NCBI GenBank assembly: GCA_963713975.1
Contig: OY970218.1
Coordinates: 1,440,001 to 1,504,000 of the forward strand
Direction of reading: 5' to 3'
Source: an uncultured Chloroflexia bacterium
GTDB lineage: Bacteria; Chloroflexota; Limnocylindria; Limnocylindrales; CSP1-4
Length of the DNA stretch: 64,000 nt
Position 1 is the first letter of the stretch. Each line of letters opens with the position of its first letter. The notes beneath the pieces are model-generated. The model made no database searches and was not told the origin of the DNA. It saw only the letters and a program-made list of their open reading frames with translations. Positions 46,205-59,186 of this stretch are shown here, piece after piece. Both the position numbers and the translations under genes were made by a program.

Positions 46205-46795
46205 ATGCGGCTGCTGGAGAGATCGGACAGCCTCCTGCTCATCATCGACGCCCAGCCCGGGTTCTATGGACACGCACCCCTTGCCGAAGATGACACGGAG
46301 CGGCTCGAGGGCGTCCTCGCCCGGTGCTCGTGGCTGGCCGGGGTGGCCACGGCTCTCGGGGTGCCCGTGATGCTGACGGAGGAGGACCCCGATCGCAACG
46401 GGCCCACCGATGCGTCGGTCCTCGCCCGCCTTCCCGGTGACTCGGCGAGGTTCACGAAGCCCGTGTTCGGGCTGGGGGGCAACCCGGAGATCCTCGCCGC
46501 AGTAGAGGCGACAGGGCACCGGACGGCGGTGCTCGCGGGCCTCGAGACGGACGTGTGTGTCACGCACTCGGCCCTGGGGCTGCTGGACCTCGGGTTCCGC
46601 GTGGTAGCGATCACGGATGGCCTGTTCTCGCCCGGCACGATGCATCACCACGGCCTCTCGCGCATGAGCGACGCCGGCGTCGAGCTCGTCCACGCCAAGG
46701 GTCTCTACTACGAGTGGGTGCGGACGCTGGATGGCGCGCGGGCGTTCGAGGTCGCACACCCCGATCTGGCGGACCCGCCGGGCTTCGCGCTCTGA
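46205..46795 (+). CDS. Isochorismatase family cysteine hydrolase
   Basis: IIDAQ, TEE...GPT, FTKPVF, GLETDVCV. Confidence 0.88.
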   Translation: MRLLERSDSLLLIIDAQPGFYGHAPLAEDDTERLEGVLARCSWLAGVATALGVPVMLTEEDPDRNGPTDASVLARLPGDSARFTKPVFGLGGNPEILAAVEATGHRTAVLAGLETDVCVTHSALGLLDLGFRVVAITDGLFSPGTMHHHGLSRMSDAGVELVHAKGLYYEWVRTLDGARAFEVAHPDLADPPGFAL

Positions 46796-46797
46796 CG

Positions 46798-48099
46798 GTG
46801 ACACCGGAACCTCGCCCGTCCCGCTCGCGGCGGGTCCGTTTCGGCTCGCTCGTCGTCGATCCGGCGCCGTTGCGGCTGGACCGGGACTTCCGACTGCTGT
46901 GGATCGGCCAGGCGATCAGCACGGTGGGGCGGATGATGACCGCCATCGTCCTGCCCTACCAGGTGTACGTCCTGACCGGCGACATCCTGGCGGTGGGAGC
47001 CCTGTCCATCGTCCAGCTCATCCCGATCCTGGTCTTCACGCTGGGCGGGGGTGCTGTTGCCGACGCCATGGATCGCCGCCGGCTGTTGTTGATGACGCAG
47101 TGCGCCCTGTTGGTGGCCACGCTGGGCCTCGCGGCGCTGGCGCTGCAGCTCGACCCGGCGATCGGCGCGCTCTATGCGCTCGCCTTCGTCGTCGCGGGAC
47201 TCGCGGCCGTGGACCAGCCCGCGCGCGCCTCGGCGATCCCGCGGCTGGTCCCGCCCGAGCGCCTCCAGAGCGCGATCAGCCTCAACCAGATCGTGTTCAA
47301 CGCCGGGGCGGTGGTGGGGCCGGCGATCGGTGGCGTGATCCTCGCCGTGGTCGGGACGGCGGCCGTGTACCTCATCGATGCCGTGACCTACGGGGCGGCC
47401 ATCGTCGCCCTGCTGATGATCGCGCCCATCCCGCCCGCTCCCGGTGCCGTGCGGCCGAGCGTGCGAGCCATCCGGGAGGGCCTCCGGTTCGCCCGCCGGC
47501 GCCGGCCGGTCCTGGCGACGTTCATGGTGGACCTGGTCGCGATGGTCTTCGGATCGCCTCGATCGCTGTTCCCGGCGATGGCGCTCGACGTGTTCCACGT
47601 CGGCGCTGCGGGGCTCGGGCTCATGTCGTCCGCGATCGCGCTGGGCGCCATGGTCGCTGCGCTGTTCACCGGCTGGACGACTTCGGTGCGACGGCCGGGC
47701 CGCGCTGTGCTGATCGCCGTTGCCGTGTGGGGCCTGGGCATCGTGGGGTTCGGCCTGTTCACCTTCAGCTTCCCGCTCGCGCTCCTGTGTCTCGCGATCG
47801 CGGCCGGCGCCGACGTCATCAGTGCGGTCCTGCGCAGCTTCATCGTCCAATACCTCACGCCCGACGCGCTTCGCGGTCGGGTGAGCTCGATCCACATCAT
47901 GGTGGTCACGGGTGGCCCGCGCGTCGGCGACGCAGAGGCGGCCGCGGTGGCGGCGCTGGTCGGACCGGCGCTGTCCGTGGTGTCGGGCGGGTTGCTGACG
48001 GTCCTTGGCGTGAGTGTGCTGGCGCTGGCGATGCCCGACTTCGGCAGGCTCGAGCTGCACCCGGGCACGGAGGAGGACGCCGCGCTGGTCGAGGCCTGA
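46798..48099 (+). CDS. MFS transporter (EntS/MFS_3-like exporter)
   Basis: DFRLLWIGQ, GGAVADAMDRRRLL, DLVAMVFG.PR.LFP, TPDALRGRVS; about 12 TMs. Confidence 0.9.
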   Translation: MTPEPRPSRSRRVRFGSLVVDPAPLRLDRDFRLLWIGQAISTVGRMMTAIVLPYQVYVLTGDILAVGALSIVQLIPILVFTLGGGAVADAMDRRRLLLMTQCALLVATLGLAALALQLDPAIGALYALAFVVAGLAAVDQPARASAIPRLVPPERLQSAISLNQIVFNAGAVVGPAIGGVILAVVGTAAVYLIDAVTYGAAIVALLMIAPIPPAPGAVRPSVRAIREGLRFARRRRPVLATFMVDLVAMVFGSPRSLFPAMALDVFHVGAAGLGLMSSAIALGAMVAALFTGWTTSVRRPGRAVLIAVAVWGLGIVGFGLFTFSFPLALLCLAIAAGADVISAVLRSFIVQYLTPDALRGRVSSIHIMVVTGGPRVGDAEAAAVAALVGPALSVVSGGLLTVLGVSVLALAMPDFGRLELHPGTEEDAALVEA

Positions 48100-48125
48100 T
48101 CGCCTCCCGGCCGGCCACTGCCCTG

Positions 48126-49016
48126 CTACCGCGCCGGCAGGTCCGGCACCAGGATCGCGGCCGCCCGACGTGCCCAGGCGCCGCGCGCCGGTGACCGGCG
48201 GGGAAGCTCGGCGAGGCGCTCCAGGCAGCCGAGCACGGCGAGGTCGTCGAGGGCGGCGGCCGTCACGGGATCCGCGGCAACGCCGGCCGCGGCCAGGAAC
48301 GCCGGCCCGGCCGCGCGCCACCGCTCCGGGTGGTGATGGCGGACCATGAGGCGGAACCAGGCGGCGTCGAACAGCGGCGGCGCGACGCGGACACGCTCCA
48401 GGTCCAGGAGTCCCGCGAGGCGGCCGTCGGCGATCACGAGGTTGACCGGTGCGAGATCGCCGTGGGCGAGGACCGGCGGCGCTATCGCAACCAGCGCCGG
48501 GATCCTGCGCACGACGGCCGCGGCCGCTTCGTGCTCGTCGTCGCCCATGCTGGCGGCCGCCTCCCTGAGCCAGGTGTCTGCCGCACGTTCCAGGCGGCCG
48601 GCGTCGGCCCACCGGCGCGAGCAGCGGATGCCGCGCGAGGGGACGGACGCGATCGCCGTGGCCGCCTCGCCTGCCAGCCGGCCAAGCTCTGCCGCGCCAC
48701 CGGGAGCGGCGAGGCGCTCGTTGCCCGCGACCCCCGGGACGTGCCGGGCGACCAGGAACGGGAGGGCCGCCGCCGGGTCGCCGGCCAGGATCTCGGGAAC
48801 TGGGAGCCGCGGTGCGTGGGACCGCAGGTGCCGTGCGAGCCGGATCCTGCGCGTGATCCCCGCCCGTCCTGCGGCCGTCGCTCGCCCTTCCTGGAACACG
48901 ACCCGCGTCCCATCCGCGAGCATCACGAGGCTCGTCCGCACGTCCGTCGCCCACGGTCGGGTCAGGTCTTCGACGGCCGTGACCCGGCAGCCCAGGAGCA
49001 TGGACGGGGCGGTCAA
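48126..49016 (-). CDS. Aminoglycoside phosphotransferase-fold kinase
   Basis: LPVPEIL, LAHGDLAPVNL, GLLDLE; start TTG overlaps upstream stop (alternative ATG 49001). Confidence 0.75.
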   Translation of the reverse strand: MTAPSMLLGCRVTAVEDLTRPWATDVRTSLVMLADGTRVVFQEGRATAAGRAGITRRIRLARHLRSHAPRLPVPEILAGDPAAALPFLVARHVPGVAGNERLAAPGGAAELGRLAGEAATAIASVPSRGIRCSRRWADAGRLERAADTWLREAAASMGDDEHEAAAAVVRRIPALVAIAPPVLAHGDLAPVNLVIADGRLAGLLDLERVRVAPPLFDAAWFRLMVRHHHPERWRAAGPAFLAAAGVAADPVTAAALDDLAVLGCLERLAELPRRSPARGAWARRAAAILVPDLPAR

Positions 49017-50317
49017 CCGTCGCCGGACAGCGTGTCCGTGAACATCCCGTCCGCGTCGAAACCGATGGCGCGGGGCGGTTCGAGCACGTCGCAGCGCCCG
49101 GTCGCGAGCACGTCGGCCAGGGCGGGTTCGCTCACGTAGAGCAGCTCGAGGTGCTTGGTGCTGGCGACACGGACGATTCGGGCCGTTGCCGCATCCACCT
49201 GCAGGCAGGCGGCGAGCGCGATCGCCAGCGCGTCCTCGTCCGTGTCCACGGTCACCGGGATCTTCGCTCCCTCGAGGTCCTTGGCCGTGATCTCGTTGAG
49301 GTAGGTGCTCCGGGCATCGACCGCGTCCACGGCGCGTCGGAGGGCGACGTCGCCAAAGCCGATCCCGGACGCGTTGCCCTTCGTGGCCGGGGTGAGGCCC
49401 CGGATGACGATGCGCCCGATCCTCGGCCCGGCGGCGTCGGGGCCCGCCGTCTCGAGGCCCGCCATGGCGCGGCCGATGACGTTGGGGTCCAGGCCCGTGC
49501 CGCTGATGTCCTTGCCGATCTCGTCGACGATGAGGACATCGATCTGGTCGGCGGGCAGGCGCGCCATGCGGTTCCGCGCGTCCGAGAGCAGCTCCAGCTC
49601 CCGGGTCTCGATCCGCGCAACCGGGATGGCCTCGACGTGGGCGAGACGTGAGTGCCCGTTCTCGACCAGCGCCACCGCGAAGCCCACCGGTGCCCGGGCG
49701 ATCGTGTGGCGGGCGACGGCCGGGATCAGGGCCGAGAACTCGTCGTAGCCGCGCCGGTGGAAGGTGTCCGCGCCCTTCTGCTTGCCCAGGCCGATGGCGA
49801 GCATCTTCATGATCCCGCTGCCGACGGGGCCGGCAAAGCCCGTATGGGGCTTGACGCGATTGACCGGAATGATGATGTCGGCGCCTTCGAAGGCATGTTG
49901 GTCGACGAAGACGGGCACACCCGGCGCCACCTCGCCGAGGTCGACGGTGGACATCGCGGACCGGATCTCGCAGCCCATCGTCTCGGGCGTGATCCCGTAC
50001 CCCGCGAGGACGGCGAGCTGCCCTTCGGCCGTGCCGCCGCCATGGCTGCCCATCGCCGGCACGATGAACACGTTCGCACCGGCCTCATGCAGGCGTTCCA
50101 CGACGGCGCCAACGACCAGGTCGATGCGGTCGATGCCGCGGCTGCCGGCGGCGACGCAGGCCCGCATCCCGGGTGTGACCGTCCCGATCACGGGCTCGAG
50201 GGCCGTGCGCACGGTCCCGCGGACGTCGTCCAGTTCCGTGGTGTCCAGGTGCTGGCGGACCAGGGCCCAACGAGGGAGGGCGGCGGGACGGAACTCGGGG
50301 TAGGCGCTGTTGCTCAT
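49013..50317 (-). CDS. Lactate racemase N-terminal-like (DUF2088/LarA superfamily) protein
   Basis: AAGSRGI, PAMGSHGG, NRVKPHT, KMLAIGLGK, DEIGKDISGTGLDPNVIGR, GNASGIG. Confidence 0.8.
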   Translation of the reverse strand: MSNSAYPEFRPAALPRWALVRQHLDTTELDDVRGTVRTALEPVIGTVTPGMRACVAAGSRGIDRIDLVVGAVVERLHEAGANVFIVPAMGSHGGGTAEGQLAVLAGYGITPETMGCEIRSAMSTVDLGEVAPGVPVFVDQHAFEGADIIIPVNRVKPHTGFAGPVGSGIMKMLAIGLGKQKGADTFHRRGYDEFSALIPAVARHTIARAPVGFAVALVENGHSRLAHVEAIPVARIETRELELLSDARNRMARLPADQIDVLIVDEIGKDISGTGLDPNVIGRAMAGLETAGPDAAGPRIGRIVIRGLTPATKGNASGIGFGDVALRRAVDAVDARSTYLNEITAKDLEGAKIPVTVDTDEDALAIALAACLQVDAATARIVRVASTKHLELLYVSEPALADVLATGRCDVLEPPRAIGFDADGMFTDTLSGDG

Positions 50318-50435
50318 GAGCGGATCATGCCCTGCCGGGGCTCCGGGTGCGTTGTTGGGGCGCCGGGGTGCGCCACCGCGTGCTCGGACCACCCGTCCGG
50401 GCGACACGAGCGGTGCAGCAAGGCATCCTTGTGCG

Positions 50436-50894
50436 ATGCACCTGCCGGATCCGGAGCTCCCCAACGCGGCGCCAAGTCCCGGCGATCTCGCCGCGGAGCC
50501 GGATGATCTCGCGCCCCGTGACCGCGCGTCGCTTCCCCTGCGCGCAATCCTCGTGACCGTCGGCACCGTGTCCCTCGTGATCGGTGTGCTGGGGATCGTG
50601 CTTCCCGTCCTGCCGACCACGCCGTTCCTGCTCCTGGCCGCTGCCTGCTACGCGCGGGCGTCGGACCGGCTGTACGGCTGGCTCATCGGCCAGCGGTCCC
50701 TGGGGCCGATCATCACGGAGTGGCGCCGGTCGCGCTCGCTGCCGCCGGGGGTTCGCGCCCGGGCGCTGGCCGTGGTCGCCCTGTCGTTCGGGTTGTCGAT
50801 CATCCTCGTGGACGGCCTGTTCGTGCGCTGCGCACTCGGCATCACCGCGGTGATCGTGGGTGCCTTCCTCTACCGCATCCCCACGCGGTCCTGA
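50436..50894 (+). CDS. YbaN (DUF454) family membrane protein
   Basis: GIVLPVLPTTPFLLLAAACYARAS. Confidence 0.9.
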   Translation: MHLPDPELPNAAPSPGDLAAEPDDLAPRDRASLPLRAILVTVGTVSLVIGVLGIVLPVLPTTPFLLLAAACYARASDRLYGWLIGQRSLGPIITEWRRSRSLPPGVRARALAVVALSFGLSIILVDGLFVRCALGITAVIVGAFLYRIPTRS

Positions 50895-50941
50895 ATCTGC
50901 CGGTTCAGCGGCCCGCCACAGCCGCGGCCCGCCTACAGTTA

Positions 50942-50981
50942 TGCGTGCCTCGCACGGGCGACTGCGTGCCTCGCACCGGCG
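50942..50981. repeat. Intergenic 21-bp-period direct repeat x2
   Basis: tgcgtgcctcgcacgggcg at 50942 and tgcgtgcctcgcaccggcg at 50963. Confidence 0.8.
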
Positions 50982-51025
50982 GTCGGCCGAACGCCCGTGT
51001 CCGCATGCCAGCCTGGGAGATCGCC

Positions 51026-51328
51026 GTGTTCAAGGCCATGATCCTGCTCTCGCGCCGCGAGGACATGACTCCCGACGACTTCCGCCGCTGGTGGCTGGAC
51101 GAGCACCGGCCACTGGCGCTCCAGCTCCCGGGCCTGCGGCGGATGGTCGTCAACATCGTGGAGGTGGACGCGGCCGACACGGGGATCGACGGCATCTCGG
51201 AGCTCTGGTTCGACACGCAGGCGGACTTCGAGGCGGCCTACGCCACCGAGATCGGCAAGACGGTCGCTGCGGACTCGATGGGCCACAACCGCAAGCGATC
51301 CCGGCTCCTCATCGACGAGCACGAGTAG
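51026..51328 (+). CDS. EthD family protein
   Basis: LSRREDMTPDDFRRWWLDEH..LPGL, DGISELWFD; GGAG RBS. Confidence 0.85.
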   Translation: MFKAMILLSRREDMTPDDFRRWWLDEHRPLALQLPGLRRMVVNIVEVDAADTGIDGISELWFDTQADFEAAYATEIGKTVAADSMGHNRKRSRLLIDEHE

Positions 51329-51348
51329 GCGAGGACGACCGCGCCTCA

Positions 51349-54029
<2,681 letters not shown>

Positions 54030-54033
<4 letters not shown>

Positions 54034-55061
54034 GCCGCGGCTCTCCAGACGGCTCCAAGAAGCGCGACGTAGGCGACGAGGACGACGATCGCGTCGGGCT
54101 CCAGTCGCCGGATTCTTGTCCGGGTGCCGTGCACGACGGCGGCGAGAGCGATCGCCATGAGCAGGATCGCCCCCACGCCTGCCACGGTCTGCGCCGGGTC
54201 GAGGGCGGCGAGGATGGGCCCCTCCACGTAGGCGACATCCGCCGCAAGCAGGATCGCCATGTTGAACGCATTGCTGCCGAACAGGTTGCCGACGGCCAGG
54301 TCGTAGGCCCCGATCCGGATCGCGGCCAGCGAGGCCACGAGCTCCGGGAGCGACGTCGTCACCGCGAGCAGCAGTGCCCCGACGAACGTCTGCCCCACGC
54401 CTGTGGCATCGGCGATCCCCTTGCCCGACAGGGCGAGGAAGGGCGCCGCGACGAGGACGGCAAGAGCCGCGAGGCCGAAGAACGCGAACTCGTGGCGCAG
54501 GCTGTGGCGCGCCTCCGCGGGCTTCGCCCAGCCTGTCGGCGCGAGGATCTCATCACTTCCCTCGCGAGTTCGCCGCCCCTCGCCTCGGGAACGGCTCATC
54601 CACGCGGCCGCCGCGACGTAGGCCACGACGATGAAGATCGTGTCGACGCCCACCCAGCCGATCGCGATCCCGGACGGGACGAGGATCGCCAGCACCGCCA
54701 TCGATGTCAGGCCGATCGCCACCGATGCGAGCCTTGCGTGTCCGATCCCGACTGCCGGCCAGACGCGGCCTCGATGTGCGAGGTCGATGATCGCGAGGAT
54801 CGCCATGTTCGCCATGCTGCTGCCGAACAGGTCGCCGACGGCAAGGTCCGGGGCGCCCTCCAGCGAGGCGCTGACGTCGGTCGCGATCTCCGGCAGCGAT
54901 GTCGCACCGGCCAACAGGAACATGCCGACGAAGAGGCCGCCCAAACCGGTACGCGTCGCGATCTCGTCGCCGGTGCGCGCGAGGGTGGTCCCCGCCGCCA
55001 CGACGACGCCCGCGGCGACCAGGAAGACGGCGGCCCACTGCCACAGCTCAGGCGGGCCCAT
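54030..55061 (-). CDS. Sodium/calcium antiporter (CaCA family)
   Basis: Two alpha repeats ATSLPE..GDLFGSSMAN and TTSLPE..GNLFGSNAFN. Confidence 0.92.
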
Positions 55062-55989
55062 CGGCTGCCTCTCCGAGCTCGCGCCGACTTCGCGGAACGA
55101 TGAGGACCGAGGTCGATCCGTACCGGGCGACCTTCCCCGCGAACGGATCCTGACCGCGGTGCCGCGATGGCCGGGCCACGACGACGAGGTCTGCAGCGAG
55201 CTCCCCGGCCGCCCGGAGGGCACCGTCGAGGGGATGGCCGCTCTCGATCTGGACCGACAGCCCTGCAGCCTGTTCGAGGATGGGCTCGGCGAGCCGATCC
55301 AGCGCAGCGACGGCATCACCGCGGACCAGGCTGTGGAGCTCGGAGGCGGTCTCGGGCTCATCGGTGTCAACGCCTGCCGGTGAGCCAAGCAGCCCGAGGA
55401 CGGTAACGTGGGCCCCGATCGCCCAGCCGGATGCGACGATCCACCTGGCTGCCGCGTCGGCTCCGAGCGAGCCGTCGACGAGGAGGAGGATGCTCGCTGG
55501 CAGGGCTCCCTCCTCGGACCGGGGCTGCCGCGCGAGCAGGATGGGCACGCTCGACGCGTCCATCACCTGGTGCGAGACACTGCCGAGCAGCATCTCGGCG
55601 AGGCCCGAGCGTCCCCTCGGACCGAGCACGACAAGATCCGGCTGGTCGAACTCGATCTGGGCGAGGATTTCCTCGGCCGCGTCCCCCTGGCGCGCCCACG
55701 TGCGCACGGTCAGGCCTGCGTGCTGGAGTCGCTCGCCGACCGTGTTGGCGATCCGCTCAGCGGCCAGGCGCTCGCTCTGCCGCATCTCCTCGACCGCCGA
55801 ACGAACGGCGGTCCAGTACGTCTGCATCCCCCAGCCAAGACGGGTGATCCCGTGGCCGGCGACGCAGAGGATGTCGACGCCACATGGGCCTGACCAACGA
55901 AGACGGGAGACCCAGGCCTCCGCGCTCCGGGCGGCCTCCGAGTCGTCGGTGGCGAGGAGTACGCTGAACGGGCGCTGCTCTGCTGTCAT
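55048..55989 (-). CDS. Tandem universal stress protein
   Basis: VLLATDDS, DLVVLGPRG..LGSVS, second domain ILLLVDGS; GGAGG RBS. Confidence 0.88.
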   Translation of the reverse strand: MTAEQRPFSVLLATDDSEAARSAEAWVSRLRWSGPCGVDILCVAGHGITRLGWGMQTYWTAVRSAVEEMRQSERLAAERIANTVGERLQHAGLTVRTWARQGDAAEEILAQIEFDQPDLVVLGPRGRSGLAEMLLGSVSHQVMDASSVPILLARQPRSEEGALPASILLLVDGSLGADAAARWIVASGWAIGAHVTVLGLLGSPAGVDTDEPETASELHSLVRGDAVAALDRLAEPILEQAAGLSVQIESGHPLDGALRAAGELAADLVVVARPSRHRGQDPFAGKVARYGSTSVLIVPRSRRELGEAADGPA

Positions 55990-56216
55990 GTCAGTCCTCC
56001 ACGGTCCCGAGCATCTCAGGCAGCCAGGGGGTGCGGCAGAGCCATCGATCGCGACCGGAAGGCCCGACCGGCCCCGACCGGCCATGACGGGTCCCCTTCG
56101 TCCTCCGCTGCCTGCCGGCCGGCCGCCGATGCAGCGTCCGGCATGCCCGGTGGTCCGCGGTAGAGTCAGTCCGGGCCCGACGTGCGATCGCATGTCCGGA
56201 CAGCAAGGAGGGGCCG

Positions 56217-57086
56217 GTGGTCGAGCTCCGGGCGGACTGCGCCCGCTGTGCTGGCCTGTGCTGCGTCGCGCTCACCTTTGCCAGGTCGGCGGACTTCGCC
56301 ATCGACAAGCCTGCCGGAGAGGCGTGCCCGCACCTGGCACCGGGCTTCGGATGCACGATCCACGCCCGGCTCCGTGACGAGGGCATGCCGGGCTGTGTGG
56401 CCTACGACTGCTTCGGGGCCGGGCAGCACCTGACGCAGGTGACGTTCGCAGGCGTCGACTGGCGGTCGTCTCCCGGGACGGCCGGCGCGATGTTCGACGC
56501 GTTCGCGATCATGCGCCAGCTCCACGAGCTCCTGTGGTACCTGGACGAGGCCCTGCGGCTGGCACCCGCCCGACCACTGCATCCGGAGCTGCGCGCGATC
56601 CGGGACGGCATCGAGACCCTCACGGAGCTGCCCGCCGAGAGCCTGATGGTTGTCGACGTCACGGCGACGCGCGAGGAGACGGGCGCGCTCCTGGGGAGGG
56701 CGAGCGACCTCGCCCGCGCCGGAGCCGTCTCCCGGGCTGGCCCGGACGTACGGAAGCGGCGCGGTCCCATCGACCGGCGCGGTGCCGATCTCGCGGGTGC
56801 CGACCTCCGGGGAGCGGATCTGCGGGGCGTCAACCTCCGAGGGGCGGTGCTGATCGGGGCGGACCTCCGGAGGGCGGACCTGAGGCTGGTCGACCTCGCG
56901 GGCGCCGACCTGCGAGGGGCGGACGTGTCCCAGGCCGACCTCCGCGAAAGCCTGTTCCTGACTGGTTCGCAGCTGGAGAGCATGCGCGGCGACCTGGTCA
57001 CGCGCCTCTCGCCAACGCGGATCCGGCCCGCCCACTGGCACACGCCTGCCCAAGGGCCACCGGCGGTCCGGGCGGGGGGCAATTGA
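56217..57086 (+). CDS. Pentapeptide-repeat protein with N-terminal Cys cluster (YisX-like)
   Basis: CARCAGLCC, CPHL, CTIH, CVAYDCFGAGQ; ADLxG repeats; AAGGAGG RBS. Confidence 0.88.
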   Translation: MVELRADCARCAGLCCVALTFARSADFAIDKPAGEACPHLAPGFGCTIHARLRDEGMPGCVAYDCFGAGQHLTQVTFAGVDWRSSPGTAGAMFDAFAIMRQLHELLWYLDEALRLAPARPLHPELRAIRDGIETLTELPAESLMVVDVTATREETGALLGRASDLARAGAVSRAGPDVRKRRGPIDRRGADLAGADLRGADLRGVNLRGAVLIGADLRRADLRLVDLAGADLRGADVSQADLRESLFLTGSQLESMRGDLVTRLSPTRIRPAHWHTPAQGPPAVRAGGN

Positions 57087-57135
57087 CCCCCCGTTCCTGT
57101 CACACTATCGACCACGCCACTTGAGGGATCGAACG

Positions 57136-57831
57136 ATGTCCATTGCGCAGGGCCTGATCGCCAACGAGACCGTGGTTCAGGAGTCGAGGAAGCACTGGAT
57201 CGCGCCCCTGCGAGACTCGCTGTGGGCCGTGGGCATGATCGTCCTGGGGCTCCTGCTCTGGGTGTGGAATCCGAGCGGTGACGGCATCCTGGGCTTCCTG
57301 TGGACGCTGATCGCCCTCCTCCGCTGGGGGCTGCTCATCGCCGGCATCGCGTGGATCATCTACAACATCGTCACCTGGCGGACCGCGCAGTTTGCCGTCA
57401 CCAACCTTCGGGTCCTGCGCTACGAGGGCCTGATCCAGCGCCGGTCATCTGAGACGCTGCTGGCATCGGTGAGTGACGTCAAGCTCAACGTCGGCTTCCT
57501 CGGCGCCCGTCTCGGCTATGGGGATCTCCGCGTCTTCACCCAGTCGGGTGATGCCGGAGCCGACGACTTCTCGTCGATCGTTGATGCGGCCGGGTTCCGC
57601 AACGCGATGATGACGATCAAGCTCAAGGCGCAGGACGTGTCCGCGGCTCCCCCAGCCCCGGCTCCTGCAGCCCCAGCCCCGGCTCCCGCGGCCGCACCCG
57701 ACCAGGCTGCCGGGGCAGCCACCGAGGATCCGGCGGCCACGCTGGTGCGCCTGGCGGAGCTGCGCGACCAGGGCATCCTGTCGCCCGAGGAGTTCGAGAC
57801 CAAGAAGGCCGAGATCCTCGCCCGCATGTAG
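57136..57831 (+). CDS. Membrane protein with bacterial PH domain and C-terminal SHOCT
   Basis: RKHW, two TMs, FAVTNLRV..G, LGYGDL; LAELRDQGILSPEEFETKKAEIL. Confidence 0.85.
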   Translation: MSIAQGLIANETVVQESRKHWIAPLRDSLWAVGMIVLGLLLWVWNPSGDGILGFLWTLIALLRWGLLIAGIAWIIYNIVTWRTAQFAVTNLRVLRYEGLIQRRSSETLLASVSDVKLNVGFLGARLGYGDLRVFTQSGDAGADDFSSIVDAAGFRNAMMTIKLKAQDVSAAPPAPAPAAPAPAPAAAPDQAAGAATEDPAATLVRLAELRDQGILSPEEFETKKAEILARM

Positions 57832-57892
57832 TCGAGTCTGGACCGGGCCGGTCGCAGGCGATCACGGCCGGCGCCCTCCTGGGGGCCGAGGG

Positions 57893-58924
57893 CTACCCCT
57901 CCTTCTTGCGCCGCTTCCGGTCGCGCTTCCTGCGCCGCTTCTTGCCGTCCTTCTTGCCGTCCTTCTGGCCGGGCTCGGCTGGCGGGGTCGGCTGGCCTGC
58001 AGGGGTGGCGTTCTTGGCCGAGCTGGCACTCACCTCCGCGACCAGCTCCGCGCGGGCCTCAAGCAGCTCGGCGCGAGCATCGTCGCTGGGCACGGGGTAC
58101 TGCGGATCGATGTCGATCAGCGCATCCGCGATGACCGCCGCCGCCGCGATCCGGGCGAACCACTTGTTGTCGGCCGGGATCACGTACCACGGTGCCGCGG
58201 TCGTGCTGGAACGGGCCAGGACGTCGCTGAACGCCGCCTGGTAGTCGTCCCACCGGGCTCGCTCGCGGACGTCGGCGGCGCTGAACTTCCAGTTCTTGTC
58301 GGGCTCGTCGATCCGGGCCAGGAATTGCTGCCGCTGCTCCTCCTTGGAGAGGTTGAGAAACAGCTTGACGATCCGGAATCCCTGGTCGACGAGATAGGAC
58401 TCCCAGTCGTTGATCTGCCGGAAGCGCCGCGTCCAGATCCCGTTGTCCTTCCGGTCCGGGGGGAGCTTCTGCCAGGCCAGGATCTCCGGGTGGACCCGGA
58501 CCACGAGCAGCTCCTCGTAGTAGGACCGGTTGAAGATGCCGATCATCCCGCGCGCGGGGAGCGCCTTCGCGGAGCGCCACAGGAAGTCGTGGTCCATCTC
58601 CTCCGCCGAGGGAACCTTGAAGCTCGTGACCTGGACGCCCTGCGGGTCCACGCCGCTCATCACGTGCCGGATCGTGCCGTCCTTGCCGGCCGCGTCGATG
58701 GCCTGGATGATCACCAGCAGGCCGTAGGTATCCTGCGCCGCGAGGCGGGCCTGGTACTCGCTGAGGAGCTCGATCCCCTGCGCCAGGACCTTGTCCGCGT
58801 TCTTCGACTTGACGCCCGGTGTTGCCCGGGGGTCGTAGTCCTTGCGCAGCCTGACCCTCTGTCCAGGCTCCACGCGGAACTGGTTCGCGAACTCCCGGAT
58901 ATGGTCCCTGTCCAGGTCAGCCAT
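57893..58924 (-). CDS. ppk2: Polyphosphate kinase 2 family protein (class III-like)
   Basis: QAIDAAGKDG, FKVPS, HDFLWR, FNRSYYEELLVVRVH, KNWKF, PWYVIPADNKW. Confidence 0.92.
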   Translation of the reverse strand: MADLDRDHIREFANQFRVEPGQRVRLRKDYDPRATPGVKSKNADKVLAQGIELLSEYQARLAAQDTYGLLVIIQAIDAAGKDGTIRHVMSGVDPQGVQVTSFKVPSAEEMDHDFLWRSAKALPARGMIGIFNRSYYEELLVVRVHPEILAWQKLPPDRKDNGIWTRRFRQINDWESYLVDQGFRIVKLFLNLSKEEQRQQFLARIDEPDKNWKFSAADVRERARWDDYQAAFSDVLARSSTTAAPWYVIPADNKWFARIAAAAVIADALIDIDPQYPVPSDDARAELLEARAELVAEVSASSAKNATPAGQPTPPAEPGQKDGKKDGKKRRRKRDRKRRKKEG

Positions 58925-59186
58925 CGGCTCGTCCCCTTTCGCTGATCGCCGCGTCCATCATCGCGCGTGCGCGGCGCGGCGTCGAACCCGTGTTTCGCCT
59001 GAACCGGATGAGGCCTGAGGCCCGATCCCGGCGGATGACCGATACTGGGCCAGCCATCGGGGTGTCGAGCCCTGGGCCGGATGCGATCCAGGCCGTGCCC
59101 GACTACCGCGGACGGCATTGCGGCCTCACTGCCAGAGGCGGCCGGCCACGCCGGCCAACATCACCCAGGACCAGAGGAGTCAACGG

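Noticed and set aside
48126-49016. Antibiotic resistance gene (APH)
   Set aside because: Only generic kinase-fold motifs; no resistance or mobility context
55990-56216. yybP-ykoY or fluoride riboswitch upstream of USP-CaCA-P-ATPase
   Set aside because: Consensus elements were not found by eye; an Infernal scan would be needed to exclude it fully
56217-57086. Qnr/MfpA-type quinolone resistance
   Set aside because: Short pentapeptide tract with an N-terminal Cys-cluster domain fits the widespread YisX-like family
58925-59186. Recurring CGGATG motifs in the ppk2/DUF1269 intergenic region as a regulator site
   Set aside because: Short, irregularly spaced and plausible by chance at this GC content
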